Below, piece after piece: positions 24,901-39,900 of a stretch of DNA of 64,000 bases. The stretch comes from Auanema rhodensis (lineage: Eukaryota; Animalia; Nematoda). The position numbers and the translations under genes are program-made. Below the pieces are notes generated by a model that was not told the origin of the DNA, searched no databases, and saw nothing but the letters and a program-made list of their open reading frames with translations. The stretch is taken from assembly GCA_964057225.1 (NCBI GenBank), contig OZ059898.1:186001-250000 (forward strand), read 5' to 3'. How positions within the stretch are numbered: the first letter of the stretch is position 1; each line of letters starts with the position of its first letter.

Positions 24901-27900
24901 AGTGCACATCACGTGTACATTTAATTAGCATAAATTAAAGTTCACGTAAATTTCAAAGTCATGGTTACCATGCACCAATATCAATAAAAATTTGTTTTTA
25001 GACTAATATGGACATGAGGAATCTAATTTTGAAAACCGCATCTCTTTATCTTTCACGTGAAGCGAGTTACATACCAAGTGCACATCACGTGTACATTTAA
25101 TTAGCATAAATTATAGTTCACGTAAATTTCAAAGTCATGGTTACCATGCACCAATATCAATAAAAATTTGTTTTTAGACTAATATGGACATGGGGAATCT
25201 AATTTTGAAAACCGCATCTCTTTATCTTTCACGTGAAGCGAGTTACATACCAAGTGCACATCACGTGTACATTTAATTAGCATAAATTAAAGTTCACGTA
25301 AATTTCAAAGTCGTGGTTACCATGCACCAATATCAATAAAAATTCGTTTTTAGACTAATATGGACATGGGGAATCTAACTTTGAAAACCGCATCTCTTTA
25401 TCTTTCACGTGAAGCGAGTTACATACCAAGTGCACATCACGTGTACATTTAATTAGCATAAATTAAAGTTCACGTAAATTTCAAAGTCATGGTTACCATG
25501 CACCAATATCAATAAAAATCTGTTTTTAGACTAATATGGACATGGGGAATCTAATTTTGAAAACCGCATCTCTTTATCTTTCACGTGAAGCGAGTTACAT
25601 ACCAAGTGCACATCACGTGTACATTTAATTAGCATAAATCAAAGTTCACGTAAATTTCAAAGTCATGGTTACCATGCACCAATATCAATAAAAATTTGTT
25701 TTTAGACTAATATGGACATGGGGAATCTAATTTTGAAAACCGCATCTCTTTATCTTTCACGTGAAGCGAGTTACATATCAAGTGCACATCACGTGTACAT
25801 TTAATTAGCATAAATTAAAGTTCACGTAAATTTCAAAGTCATGGTTACCATTAACCAATATCAATAAAAATTTGTTTTTAGACTAATATGGACATGGGGA
25901 ATCTAATTTTGAAAACCTCATCTCTTTATCTTTCACGTGAAGCGAGTTACATACCAAGTGCACATCACGTGTACATTTAATTAGCATAAATTAAAGTTCA
26001 CGTAAATTTCAAAGTCATGGTTACCATTAACCAATATCAATAAAAATTTGTTTTTAGACTAATATGGACATGGGGAATCTAATTTTGAAAACCGCATCTC
26101 TTTATCTTTCACGTGAAGCGAGTTACATATCAAGTGCACATCACGTGTACATTTAATTAGCATAAATTAAAGTTCACGTAAATTTCAAAGTCATGGTTAC
26201 CATTAACCAATATCAATAAAAATTTGTTTTTAGACTAATATGGACATGGGGAATCTAATTTTGAAAACCGCATCTCTTTATCTTTCACGTGAAGCGAGTT
26301 ACATACCAAGTGCACATCACGTGTACATTTAATTAGCATAAATTAAAGTTCACGTAAATTTCAAAGTCATGGTTACCATGCACCAATATCAATAAAAATT
26401 TGTTTTTAGACTAATATGGACATGAGGAATCTAATTTTGAAAACCGCATCTCTTTATCTTTCACGTGAAGCGAGTTACATACCAAGTGCACATCACGTGT
26501 ACATTTAATTAGCATAAATTATAGTTCACGTAAATTTCAAAGTCATGGTTACCATGCACCAATATCAATAAAAATTTGTTTTTAGACTAATATGGACATG
26601 GGGAATCTAATTTTGAAAACCGCATCTCTTTATCTTTCACGTGAAGCGAGTTACATACCAAGTGCACATCACGTGTACATTTAATTAGCATAAATTAAAG
26701 TTCACGTAAATTTCAAAGTCGTGGTTACCATGCACCAATATCAATAAAAATTCGTTTTTAGACTAATATGGACATGGGGAATCTAACTTTGAAAACCGCA
26801 TCTCTTTATCTTTCACGTGAAGCGAGTTACATACCAAGTGCACATCACGTGTACATTTAATTAGCATAAATTAAAGTTCACGTAAATTTCAAAGTCATGG
26901 TTACCATGCACCAATATCAATAAAAATTTGTTTTTAGACTAATATGGACATGGGCAATCTAATTTTGAAAACCGCATTTCTTTATCTTTCAAGTGAAGCG
27001 AGTTACATACCAAGTGCACATCACGTGTACATTTAATTAGCATAAATTAAAGTTCACGTAAATTTCAAAGTCATGGTTACCATGCACCAACATCAATAAA
27101 AATTTGTTTTTAGACTAATATGGACATGGGGAATCTAATTTTGAAAACCGCATCTCTTTATCTTTCACGTGAAGCGAGTTACATATCAAGTGCACATCAC
27201 GTGTACATTTAATTAGCATAAATTAAAGTTCACGTAAATTTCAAAGTCATGGTTACCATTAACCAATATCAATAAAAATTTGTTTTTAGACTAATATGGA
27301 CATGGGGAATCTAATTTTGAAAACCGCATCTCTTTATCTTTCACGTGAAGCGAGTTACATACCAAGTGCACATCACGTGTACATTTAATTAGCATAAATT
27401 AAAGTTCACGTAAATTTCAAAGTCATGGTTACCATGCACCAATATCAATAAAAATCTGTTTTTAGACTAATATGGACATGGGGAATCTAATTTTGAAAAC
27501 CGCATCTCTTTATCTTTCACGTGAAGCGAGTTACATACCAAGTGCACATCACGTGTACATTTAATTAGCATAAATCAAAGTTCACGTAAATTTCAAAGTC
27601 ATGGTTACCATGCACCAATATCAATAAAAATTTGTTTTTAGACTAATATGGACATGGGGAATCTAATTTTGAAAACCGCATCTCTTTATCTTTCACGTGA
27701 AGCGAGTTACATATCAAGTGCACATCACGTGTACATTTAATTAGCATAAATTAAAGTTCACGTAAATTTCAAAGTCATGGTTACCATTAACCAATATCAA
27801 TAAAAATTTGTTTTTAGACTAATATGGACATGGGGAATCTAATTTTGAAAACCGCATCTCTTTATCTTTCACGTGAAGCGAGTTACATACCAAGTGCACA

Positions 27901-30900
27901 TCACGTGTACATTTAATTAGCATAAATTAAAGTTCACGTAAATTTCAAAGTCATGGTTACCATTAACCAATATCAATAAAAATTTGTTTTTAGACTAATA
28001 TGGACATGTGGAATCTAATTTTGAAAACCGCATCTCTTTATCTTTCACGTGAAGCGAGTTACATATCAAGTGCACATCACGTGTACATTTAATTAGCATA
28101 AATTAAAGTTCACGTAAATTTCAAAGTCATGGTTACCATTAACCAATATCAATAAAAATTTGTTTTTAGACTAATATGGACATGGGGAATCTAATTTTGA
28201 AAACCGCATCTCTTTATCTTTCACGTGAAGCGAGTTACATACCAAGTGCACATCACGTGTACATTTAATTAGCATAAATTAAAGTTCACGTAAATTTTAA
28301 AGTCATGGTTACCATGCACCAATATCAATAAAAATCTGTTTTTAGACTAATATGGACATGGGGAATCTAATTTTGAAAACCGCATCTCTTTATCTTTCAC
28401 GTGAAGCGAGTTACATACCAAGTGCACATCACGTGTACATTTAATTAGCATAAATTAAAGTTCACGTAAATTTCAAAGTCATGGTTACCATGCACCAATA
28501 TCAATAAAAATTTGTTTTTAGACTAATATGGACATGAGGAATCTAATTTTGAAAACCGCATCTCTTTATCTTTCACGTGAAGCGAGTTACATACCAAGTG
28601 CACATCACGTGTACATTTAATTAGCATAAATTATAGTTCACGTAAATTTCAAAGTCATGGTTACCATGCACCAATATCAATAAAAATTTGTTTTTAGACT
28701 AATATGGACATGGGGAATCTAATTTTGAAAACCGCATCTCTTTATCTTTCACGTGAAGCGAGTTACATATCAAGTGCACATCACGTGTACATTTAATTAG
28801 CATAAATTAAAGTTCACGTAAATTTCAAAGTCATGGTTACCATTAACCAATATCAATAAAAATTTGTTTTTAGACTAATATGGACATGGGGAATCTAATT
28901 TTGAAAACCGCATCTCTTTATCTTTCACGTGAAGCGAGTTACATACCAAGTGCACATCACGTGTACATTTAATTAGCATAAATTAAAGTTCACGTAAATT
29001 TCAAAGTCATGGTTACCATGCACCAATATCAATAAAAATCTGTTTTTAGACTAATATGGACATGGGGAATCTAATTTTGAAAACCGCATCTCTTTATCTT
29101 TCACGTGAAGCGAGTTACATACCAAGTGCACATCACGTGTACATTTAATTAGCATAAATTAAAGTTCACGTAAATTTCAAAGTCATGGTTACCATGCACC
29201 AATATCAATAAAAATTTGTTTTTAGACTAATATGGACATGAGGAATCTAATTTTGAAAACCGCATCTCTTTATCTTTCACGTGAAGCGAGTTACATACCA
29301 AGTGCACATCACGTGTACATTTAATTAGCATAAATTATAGTTCACGTAAATTTCAAAGTCATGGTTACCATTAACCAATATCAATAAAAATTTGTTTTTA
29401 GACTAATATGGACATGGGGAATCTAATTTTGAAAACCGCATCTCTTTATCTTTCACGTGAAGCGAGTTACATATCAAGTGCACATCACGTGTACATTTAA
29501 TTAGCATAAATTAAAGTTCACGTAAATTTCAAAGTCATGGTTACCATTAACCAATATCAATAAAAATTTGTTTTTAGACTAATATGGACATGGGGAATCT
29601 AATTTTGAAAACCGCATCTCTTTATCTTTCACGTGAAGCGAGTTACATACCAAGTGCACATCACGTGTACATTTAATTAGCATAAATTAAAGTTCACGTA
29701 AATTTTAAAGTCATGGTTACCATGCACCAATATCAATAAAAATCTGTTTTTAGACTAATATGGACATGGGGAATCTAATTTTGAAAACCGCATCTCTTTA
29801 TCTTTCACGTGAAGCGAGTTACATACCAAGTGCACATCACGTGTACATTTAATTAGCATAAATTAAAGTTCACGTAAATTTCAAAGTCATGGTTACCATG
29901 CACCAATATCAATAAAAATTTGTTTTTAGACTAATATGGACATGAGGAATCTAATTTTGAAAACCGCATCTCTTTATCTTTCACGTGAAGCGAGTTACAT
30001 ACCAAGTGCACATCACGTGTACATTTAATTAGCATAAATTATAGTTCACGTAAATTTCAAAGTCATGGTTACCATGCACCAATATCAATAAAAATTTGTT
30101 TTTAGACTAATATGGACATGGGGAATCTAATTTTGAAAACCGCATCTCTTTATCTTTCACGTGAAGCGAGTTACATATCAAGTGCACATCACGTGTACAT
30201 TTAATTAGCATAAATTAAAGTTCACGTAAATTTCAAAGTCATGGTTACCATTAACCAATATCAATAAAAATTTGTTTTTAGACTAATATGGACATGGGGA
30301 ATCTAATTTTGAAAACCGCATCTCTTTATCTTTCACGTGAAGCGAGTTACATACCAAGTGCACATCACGTGTACATTTAATTAGCATAAATTAAAGTTCA
30401 CGTAAATTTCAAAGTCATGGTTACCATGCACCAATATCAATAAAAATCTGTTTTTAGACTAATATGGACATGGGGAATCTAATTTTGAAAACCGCATCTC
30501 TTTATCTTTCACGTGAAGCGAGTTACATACCAAGTGCACATCACGTGTACATTTAATTAGCATAAATTAAAGTTCACGTAAATTTCAAAGTCATGGTTAC
30601 CATGCACCAATATCAATAAAAATTTGTTTTTAGACTAATATGGACATGAGGAATCTAATTTTGAAAACCGCATCTCTTTATCTTTCACGTGAAGCGAGTT
30701 ACATACCAAGTGCACATCACGTGTACATTTAATTAGCATAAATTATAGTTCACGTAAATTTCAAAGTCATGGTTACCATGCACCAATATCAATAAAAATT
30801 TGTTTTTAGACTAATATGGACATGGGGAATCTAATTTTGAAAACCGCATCTCTTTATCTTTCACGTGAAGCGAGTTACATACCAAGTGCACATCACGTGT

Positions 30901-33900
30901 ACATTTAATTAGCATAAATTAAAGTTCACGTAAATTTCAAAGTCGTGGTTACCATGCACCAATATCAATAAAAATTCGTTTTTAGACTAATATGGACATG
31001 GGGAATCTAACTTTGAAAACCGCATCTCTTTATCTTTCACGTGAAGCGAGTTACATACCAAGTGCACATCACGTGTACATTTAATTAGCATAAATTAAAG
31101 TTCACGTAAATTTCAAAGTCATGGTTACCATGCACCAATATCAATAAAAATTTGTTTTTAGACTAATATGGACATGGGGAATCTAATTTTGAAAACCGCA
31201 TCTCTTTATCTTTCACGTGAAGCGAGTTACATATCAAGTGCACATCACGTGTACATTTAATTAGCATAAATTAAAGTTCACGTAAATTTCAAAGTCATGG
31301 TTACCATTAACCAATATCAATAAAAATTTGTTTTTAGACTAATATGGACATGGGGAATCTAATTTTGAAAACCGCATCTCTTTATCTTTCACGTGAAGCG
31401 AGTTACATACCAAGTGCACATCACGTGTACATTTAATTAGCATAAATTAAAGTTCACGTAAATTTCAAAGTCATGGTTACCATGCACCAATATCAATAAA
31501 AATCTGTTTTTAGACTAATATGGACATGGGGAATCTAATTTTGAAAACCGCATCTCTTTATCTTTCACGTGAAGCGAGTTACATACCAAGTGCACATCAC
31601 GTGTACATTTAATTAGCATAAATTAAAGTTCACGTAAATTTCAAAGTCATGGTTACCATGCACCAATATCAATAAAAATTTGTTTTTAGACTAATATGGA
31701 CATGAGGAATCTAATTTTGAAAACCGCATCTCTTTATCTTTCACGTGAAGCGAGTTACATACCAAGTGCACATCACGTGTACATTTAATTAGCATAAATT
31801 ATAGTTCACGTAAATTTCAAAGTCATGGTTACCATGCACCAATATCAATAAAAATTTGTTTTTAGACTAATATGGACATGGGGAATCTAATTTTGAAAAC
31901 CGCATCTCTTTATCTTTCACGTGAAGCGAGTTACATACCAAGTGCACATCACGTGTACATTTAATTAGCATAAATTAAAGTTCACGTAAATTTCAAAGTC
32001 GTGGTTACCATGCACCAATATCAATAAAAATTCGTTTTTAGACTAATATGGACATGGGGAATCTAACTTTGAAAACCGCATCTCTTTATCTTTCACGTGA
32101 AGCGAGTTACATACCAAGTGCACATCACGTGTACATTTAATTAGCATAAATTAAAGTTCACGTAAATTTCAAAGTCATGGTTACCATGCACCAATATCAA
32201 TAAAAATTTGTTTTTAGACTAATATGGACATGGGCAATCTAATTTTGTAAACCGCATCTCTTTATCTTTCAAGTGAAGCGAGTTACATACCAAGTGCACA
32301 TCACGTGTACATTTAATTAGCATAAATTAAAGTTCACGTAAATTTCAAAGTCATGGTTACCATGCACCAATATCAATAAAAATTTGTTTTTAGACTAATA
32401 TGGACATGGGGAATCTAATTTTGAAAACCGCATCTCTTTATCTTTCACGTGAAGCGAGTTACATATCAAGTGCACATCACGTGTACATTTAATTAGCATA
32501 AATTAAAGTTCACGTAAATTTCAAAGTCATGGTTACCATTAACCAATATCAATAAAAATTTGTTTTTAGACTAATATGGACATGGGGAATCTAATTTTGA
32601 AAACCGCATCTCTTTATCTTTCACGTGAAGCGAGTTACATACCAAGTGCACATCACGTGTACATTTAATTAGCATAAATTAAAGTTCACGTAAATTTCAA
32701 AGTCATGGTTACCATGCACCAATATCAATAAAAATCTGTTTTTAGACTAATATGGACATGGGGAATCTAATTTTGAAAACCGCATCTCTTTATCTTTCAC
32801 GTGAAGCGAGTTACATACCAAGTGCACATCACGTGTACATTTAATTAGCATAAATTAAAGTTCACGTAAATTTCAAAGTCATGGTTACCATGCACCAATA
32901 TCAATAAAAATTTGTTTTTAGACTAATATGGACATGAGGAATCTAATTTTGAAAACCGCATCTCTTTATCTTTCACGTGAAGCGAGTTACATACCAAGTG
33001 CACATCACGTGTACATTTAATTAGCATAAATTATAGTTCACGTAAATTTCAAAGTCATGGTTACCATGCACCAATATCAATAAAAATTTGTTTTTAGACT
33101 AATATGGACATGGGGAATCTAATTTTGAAAACCGCATCTCTTTATCTTTCACGTGAAGCGAGTTACATACCGAGTGCACATCACGTGTACATTTAATTAG
33201 CATAAATTAAAGTTCACGTAAATTTCAAAGTCATGGTTACCATGCACCAATATCAATAAAAATCTGTTTTTAGACTAATATGGACATGGGGAATCTAATT
33301 TTGAAAACCGCATCTCTTTATCTTTCACGTGAAGCGAGTTACATACCAAGTGCACATCACGTGTACATTTAATTAGCATAAATTAAAGTTCACGTAAATT
33401 TCAAAGTCATGGTTACCATGCACCAATATCAATAAAAATTTGTTTTTAGACTAATATGGACATGAGGAATCTAATTTTGAAAACCGCATCTCTTTATCTT
33501 TCACGTGAAGCGAGTTACATACCAAGTGCACATCACGTGTACATTTAATTAGCATAAATTATAGTTCACGTAAATTTCAAAGTCATGGTTACCATGCACC
33601 AATATCAATAAAAATTTGTTTTTAGACTAATATGGACATGGGGAATCTAATTTTGAAAACCGCATCTCTTTATCTTTCACGTGAAGCGAGTTACATACCA
33701 AGTGCACATCACGTGTACATTTAATTAGCATAAATTAAAGTTCACGTAAATTTCAAAGTCGTGGTTACCATGCACCAATATCAATAAAAATTCGTTTTTA
33801 GACTAATATGGACATGGGGAATCTAACTTTGAAAACCGCATCTCTTTATCTTTCACGTGAAGCGAGTTACATACCAAGTGCACATCACGTGTACATTTAA

Positions 33901-36900
33901 TTAGCATAAATTAAAGTTCACGTAAATTTCAAAGTCATGGTTACCATGCACCAATATCAATAAAAATTTGTTTTTAGAGTAATATGGACATGGGGAATCT
34001 AATTTTGAAAACCGCATCTCTTTATCTTTCACGTGAAGCGAGTTACATATCAAGTGCACATCACGTGTACATTTAATTAGCATAAATTAAAGTTCACGTA
34101 AATTTCAAAGTCATGGTTACCATTAACCAATATCAATAAAAATTTGTTTTTAGACTAATATGGACATGGGGAATCTAATTTTGAAAACCGCATCTCTTTA
34201 TCTTTCACGTGAAGCGAGTTACATACCAAGTGCACATCACGTGTACATTTAATTAGCATAAATTAAAGTTCACGTAAATTTCAAAGTCATGGTTACCATG
34301 CACCAATATCAATAAAAATCTGTTTTTAGACTAATATGGACATGGGGAATCTAATTTTGAAAACCGCATCTCTTTATCTTTCACGTGAAGCGAGTTACAT
34401 ACCAAGTGCACATCACGTGTACATTTAATTAGCATAAATTAAAGTTCACGTAAATTTCAAAGTCATGGTTACCATGCACCAATATCAATAAAAATTTGTT
34501 TTTAGACTAATATGGACATGAGGAATCTAATTTTGAAAACCGCATCTCTTTATCTTTCACGTGAAGCGAGTTACATACCAAGTGCACATCACGTGTACAT
34601 TTAATTAGCATAAATTATAGTTCACGTAAATTTCAAAGTCATGGTTACCATGCACCAATATCAATAAAAATTTGTTTTTAGACTAATATGGACATGGGGA
34701 ATCTAATTTTGAAAACCGCATCTCTTTATCTTTCACGTGAAGCGAGTTACATACCAAGTGCACATCACGTGTACATTTAATTAGCATAAATTAAAGTTCA
34801 CGTAAATTTCAAAGTCGTGGTTACCATGCACCAATATCAATAAAAATTCGTTTTTAGACTAATATGGACATGGGGAATCTAACTTTGAAAACCGCATCTC
34901 TTTATCTTTCACGTGAAGCGAGTTACATACCAAGTGCACATCACGTGTACATTTAATTAGCATAAATTAAAGTTCACGTAAATTTCAAAGTCATGGTTAC
35001 CATGCACCAATATCAATAAAAATTTGTTTTTAGACTAATATGGACATGGGCAATCTAATTTTGTAAACCGCATCTCTTTATCTTTCAAGTGAAGCGAGTT
35101 ACATACCAAGTGCACATCACGTGTACATTTAATTAACATAAATTAAAGTTCACGTAAATTTCAAAGTCATGGTTACCATGCACCAATATCAATAAAAATT
35201 TGTTTTTAGACTAATATGGACATGGGGAATCTAATTTTGAAAACCGCATCTCTTTATCTTTCACGTGAAGCGAGTTACATATCAAGTGCACATCACGTGT
35301 ACATTTAATTAGCATAAATTAAAGTTCACGTAAATTTCAAAGTCATGGTTACCATTAACCAATATCAATAAAAATTTGTTTTTAGACTAATATGGACATG
35401 GGGAATCTAATTTTGAAAACCGCATCTCTTTATCTTTCACGTGAAGCGAGTTACATACCAAGTGCACATCACGTGTACATTTAATTAGCATAAATTAAAG
35501 TTCACGTAAATTTCAAAGTCATGGTTACCATGCACCAATATCAATAAAAATCTGTTTTTAGACTAATATGGACATGGGGAATCTAATTTTGAAAACCGCA
35601 TCTCTTTATCTTTCACGTGAAGCGAGTTACATACCAAGTGCACATCACGTGTACATTTAATTAGCATAAATTAAAGTTCACGTAAATTTCAAAGTCATGG
35701 TTACCATTAACCAATATCAATAAAAATTTGTTTTTAGACTAATATGGACATGGGGAATCTAATTTTGAAAACCGCATCTCTTTATCTTTCACGTGAAGCG
35801 AGTTACATACCAAGTGCACATCACGTGTACATTTAATTAGCATAAATTAAAGTTCACGTAAATTTCAAAGTCATGGTTACCATGCACCAATATCAATAAA
35901 AATCTGTTTTTAGACTAATATGGACATGGGGAATCTAATTTTGAAAACCGCATCTCTTTATCTTTCACGTGAAGCGAGTTACATACCAAGTGCACATCAC
36001 GTGTACATTTAATTAGCATAAATCAAAGTTCACGTAAATTTCAAAGTCATGGTTACCATGCACCAATATCAATAAAAATTTGTTTTTAGACTAATATGGA
36101 CATGGGGAATCTAATTTTGAAAACCGCATCTCTTTATCTTTCACGTGAAGCGAGTTACATATCAAGTGCACATCACGTGTACATTTAATTAGCATAAATT
36201 AAAGTTCACGTAAATTTCAAAGTCATGGTTACCATTAACCAATATCAATAAAAATTTGTTTTTAGACTAATATGGACATGGGGAATCTAATTTTGAAAAC
36301 CGCATCTCTTTATCTTTCACGTGAAGCGAGTTACATACCAAGTGCACATCACGTGTACATTTAATTAGCATAAATTAAAGTTCACGTAAATTTCAAAGTC
36401 ATGGTTACCATGCACCAATATCAATAAAAATCTGTTTTTAGACTAATATGGACATGGGGAATCTAATTTTGAAAACCGCATCTCTTTATCTTTCACGTGA
36501 AGCGAGTTACATACCAAGTGCACATCACGTGTACATTTAATTAGCATAAATTAAAGTTCACGTAAATTTCAAAGTCATGGTTACCATGCACCAATATCAA
36601 TAAAAATTTGTTTTTAGACTAATATGGACATGGGGAATCTAATTTTGAAAACCGCATCTCTTTATCTTTCACGTGAAGCGAGTTACATATCAAGTGCACA
36701 TCACGTGTACATTTAATTAGCATAAATTAAAGTTCACGTAAATTTCAAAGTCATGGTTACCATTAACCAATATCAATAAAAATTTGTTTTTAGACTAATA
36801 TGGACATGGGGAATCTAATTTTGAAAACCGCATCTCTTTATCTTTCAAGTGAAGCGAGTTACATACCAAGTGCACATCACGTGTACATTTAATTAGCATA

Positions 36901-39900
36901 AATTAAAGTTCACGTAAATTTCAAAGTCATGGTTACCATGCACCAATATCAATAAAAATTTGTTTTTAGACTAATATGGACATGGGGAATCTAATTTTGA
37001 AAACCGCATCTCTTTATCTTTCACGTGAAGCGAGTTACATACCAAGTGCACATCACGTGTACATTTAATTAGCATAAATTAAAGTTCACGTAAATTTCAA
37101 AGTCATGGTTACCATGCACCAATATCAATAAAAATTTGTTTTTAGACTAATATGGACATGGGGAATCTAATTTTGAAAACCGCATCTCTTTATCTTTCAC
37201 GTGAAGCGAGTTCCATACCAAGTGCACATCACGTGTACATTTAATTAGCATAAATTAAAGTTCACGTAAATTTCAAAGTCATGGTTACCATTAACCAATA
37301 TCAATAAAAATTTGTTTTTAGACTAATATGGACATGGGGAATCTAATTTTGAAAACCGCATCTCTTTATCTTTCACGTGAAGCGAGTTACATACCAAGTG
37401 CACATCACGTGTACATTTAATTAGCATAAATTAAAGTTCACGTAAATTTCAAAGTCATGGTTACCATGCACCAATATCAATAAAAATCTGTTTTTAGACT
37501 AATATGGACATGGGGAATCTAATATTGAAAACCGCATCTCTTTATCTTTCACGTGAAGCGAGTTACATACCAAGTGCACATCACGTGTACATTTAATTAG
37601 CATAAATTAAAGTTCACGTAAATTTCAAAGTCATGGTTACCATGCACCAATATCAATAAAAATTTGTTTTTAGACTAATATGGACATGAGGAATCTAATT
37701 TTGAAAACCGCATCTCTTTATCTTTCACGTGAAGCGAGTTACATACCAAGTGCACATCACGTGTACATTTAATTAGCATAAATTATAGTTCACGTAAATT
37801 TCAAAGTCATGGTTACCATGCACCAATATCAATAAAAATTTGTTTTTAGACTAATATGGACATGGGGAATCTAATTTTGAAAACCGCATCTCTTTATCTT
37901 TCACGTGAAGCGAGTTACATACCAAGTGCACATCACGTGTACATTTAATTAGCATAAATTAAAGTTCACGTAAATTTCAAAGTCGTGGTTACCATGCACC
38001 AATATCAATAAAAATTCGTTTTTAGACTAATATGGACATGGGGAATCTAACTTTGAAAACCGCATCTCTTTATCTTTCACGTGAAGCGAGTTACATACCA
38101 AGTGCACATCACGTGTACATTTAATTAGCATAAATTAAAGTTCACGTAAATTTCAAAGTCATGGTTACCATGCACCAATATCAATAAAAATTTGTTTTTA
38201 GACTAATATGGACATGGGGAATCTAATTTTGAAAACCGCATCTCTTTATCTTTCACGTGAAGCGAGTTACATATCAAGTGCACATCACGTGTACATTTAA
38301 TTAGCATAAATTAAAGTTCACGTAAATTTCAAAGTCATGGTTACCATTAACCAATATCAATAAAAATTTGTTTTTAGACTAATATGGACATGGGGAATCT
38401 AATTTTGAAAACCGCATCTCTTTATCTTTCACGTGAAGCGAGTTACATACCAAGTGCACATCACGTGTACATTTAATTAGCATAAATTAAAGTTCACGTA
38501 AATTTCAAAGTCATGGTTACCATGCACCAATATCAATAAAAATCTGTTTTTAGACTAATATGGACATGGGGAATCTAATTTTGAAAACCGCATCTCTTTA
38601 TCTTTCACGTGAAGCGAGTTACATACCAAGTGCACATCACGTGTACATTTAATTAGCATAAATTAAAGTTCACGTAAATTTCAAAGTCATGGTTACCATG
38701 CACCAATATCAATAAAAATTTGTTTTTAGACTAATATGGACATGAGGAATCTAATTTTGAAAACCGCATCTCTTTATCTTTCACGTGAAGCGAGTTACAT
38801 ACCAAGTGCACATCACGTGTACATTTAATTAGCATAAATTATAGTTCACGTAAATTTCAAAGTCATGGTTACCATGCACCAATATCAATAAAAATTTGTT
38901 TTTAGACTAATATGGACATGGGGAATCTAATTTTGAAAACCGCATCTCTTTATCTTTCACGTGAAGCGAGTTACATACCAAGTGCACATCACGTGTACAT
39001 TTAATTAGCATAAATTAAAGTTCACGTAAATTTCAAAGTCGTGGTTACCATGCACCAATATCAATAAAAATTCGTTTTTAGACTAATATGGACATGGGGA
39101 ATCTAACTTTGAAAACCGCATCTCTTTATCTTTCACGTGAAGCGAGTTACATACCAAGTGCACATCACGTGTACATTTAATTAGCATAAATTAAAGTTCA
39201 CGTAAATTTCAAAGTCATGGTTACCATGCACCAATATCAATAAAAATTTGTTTTTAGACTAATATGGACATGGGCAATCTAATTTTGTAAACCGCATCTC
39301 TTTATCTTTCAAGTGAAGCGAGTTACATACCAAGTGCACATCACGTGTACATTTAATTAGCATAAATTAAAGTTCACGTAAATTTCAAAGTCATGGTTAC
39401 CATGCACCAATATCAATAAAAATTTGTTTTTAGACTAATATGGACATGGGGAATCTAATTTTGAAAACCGCATCTCTTTATCTTTCACGTGAAGCGAGTT
39501 ACATATCAAGTGCACATCACGTGTACATTTAATTAGCATAAATTAAAGTTCACGTAAATTTCAAAGTCATGGTTACCATTAACCAATATCAATAAAAATT
39601 TGTTTTTAGACTAATATGGACATGGGGAATCTAATTTTGAAAACCGCATCTCTTTATCTTTCACGTGAAGCGAGTTACATACCAAGTGCACATCACGTGT
39701 ACATTTAATTAGCATAAATTAAAGTTCACGTAAATTTCAAAGTCATGGTTACCATGCACCAATATCAATAAAAATCTGTTTTTAGACTAATATGGACATG
39801 GGGAATCTAATTTTGAAAACCGCATCTCTTTATCTTTCACGTGAAGCGAGTTACATACCAAGTGCACATCACGTGTACATTTAATTAGCATAAATCAAAG

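Noticed and set aside
33901-34083. 60-aa minus-strand ORF MLIKCTRDVHLICNS...
   Set aside because: It is one satellite unit read backwards. A single C>G at 33979 turns the usual TAG stop into TAC, extending the 34-codon frame present in ordinary monomers. There is no recognisable domain or gene context.
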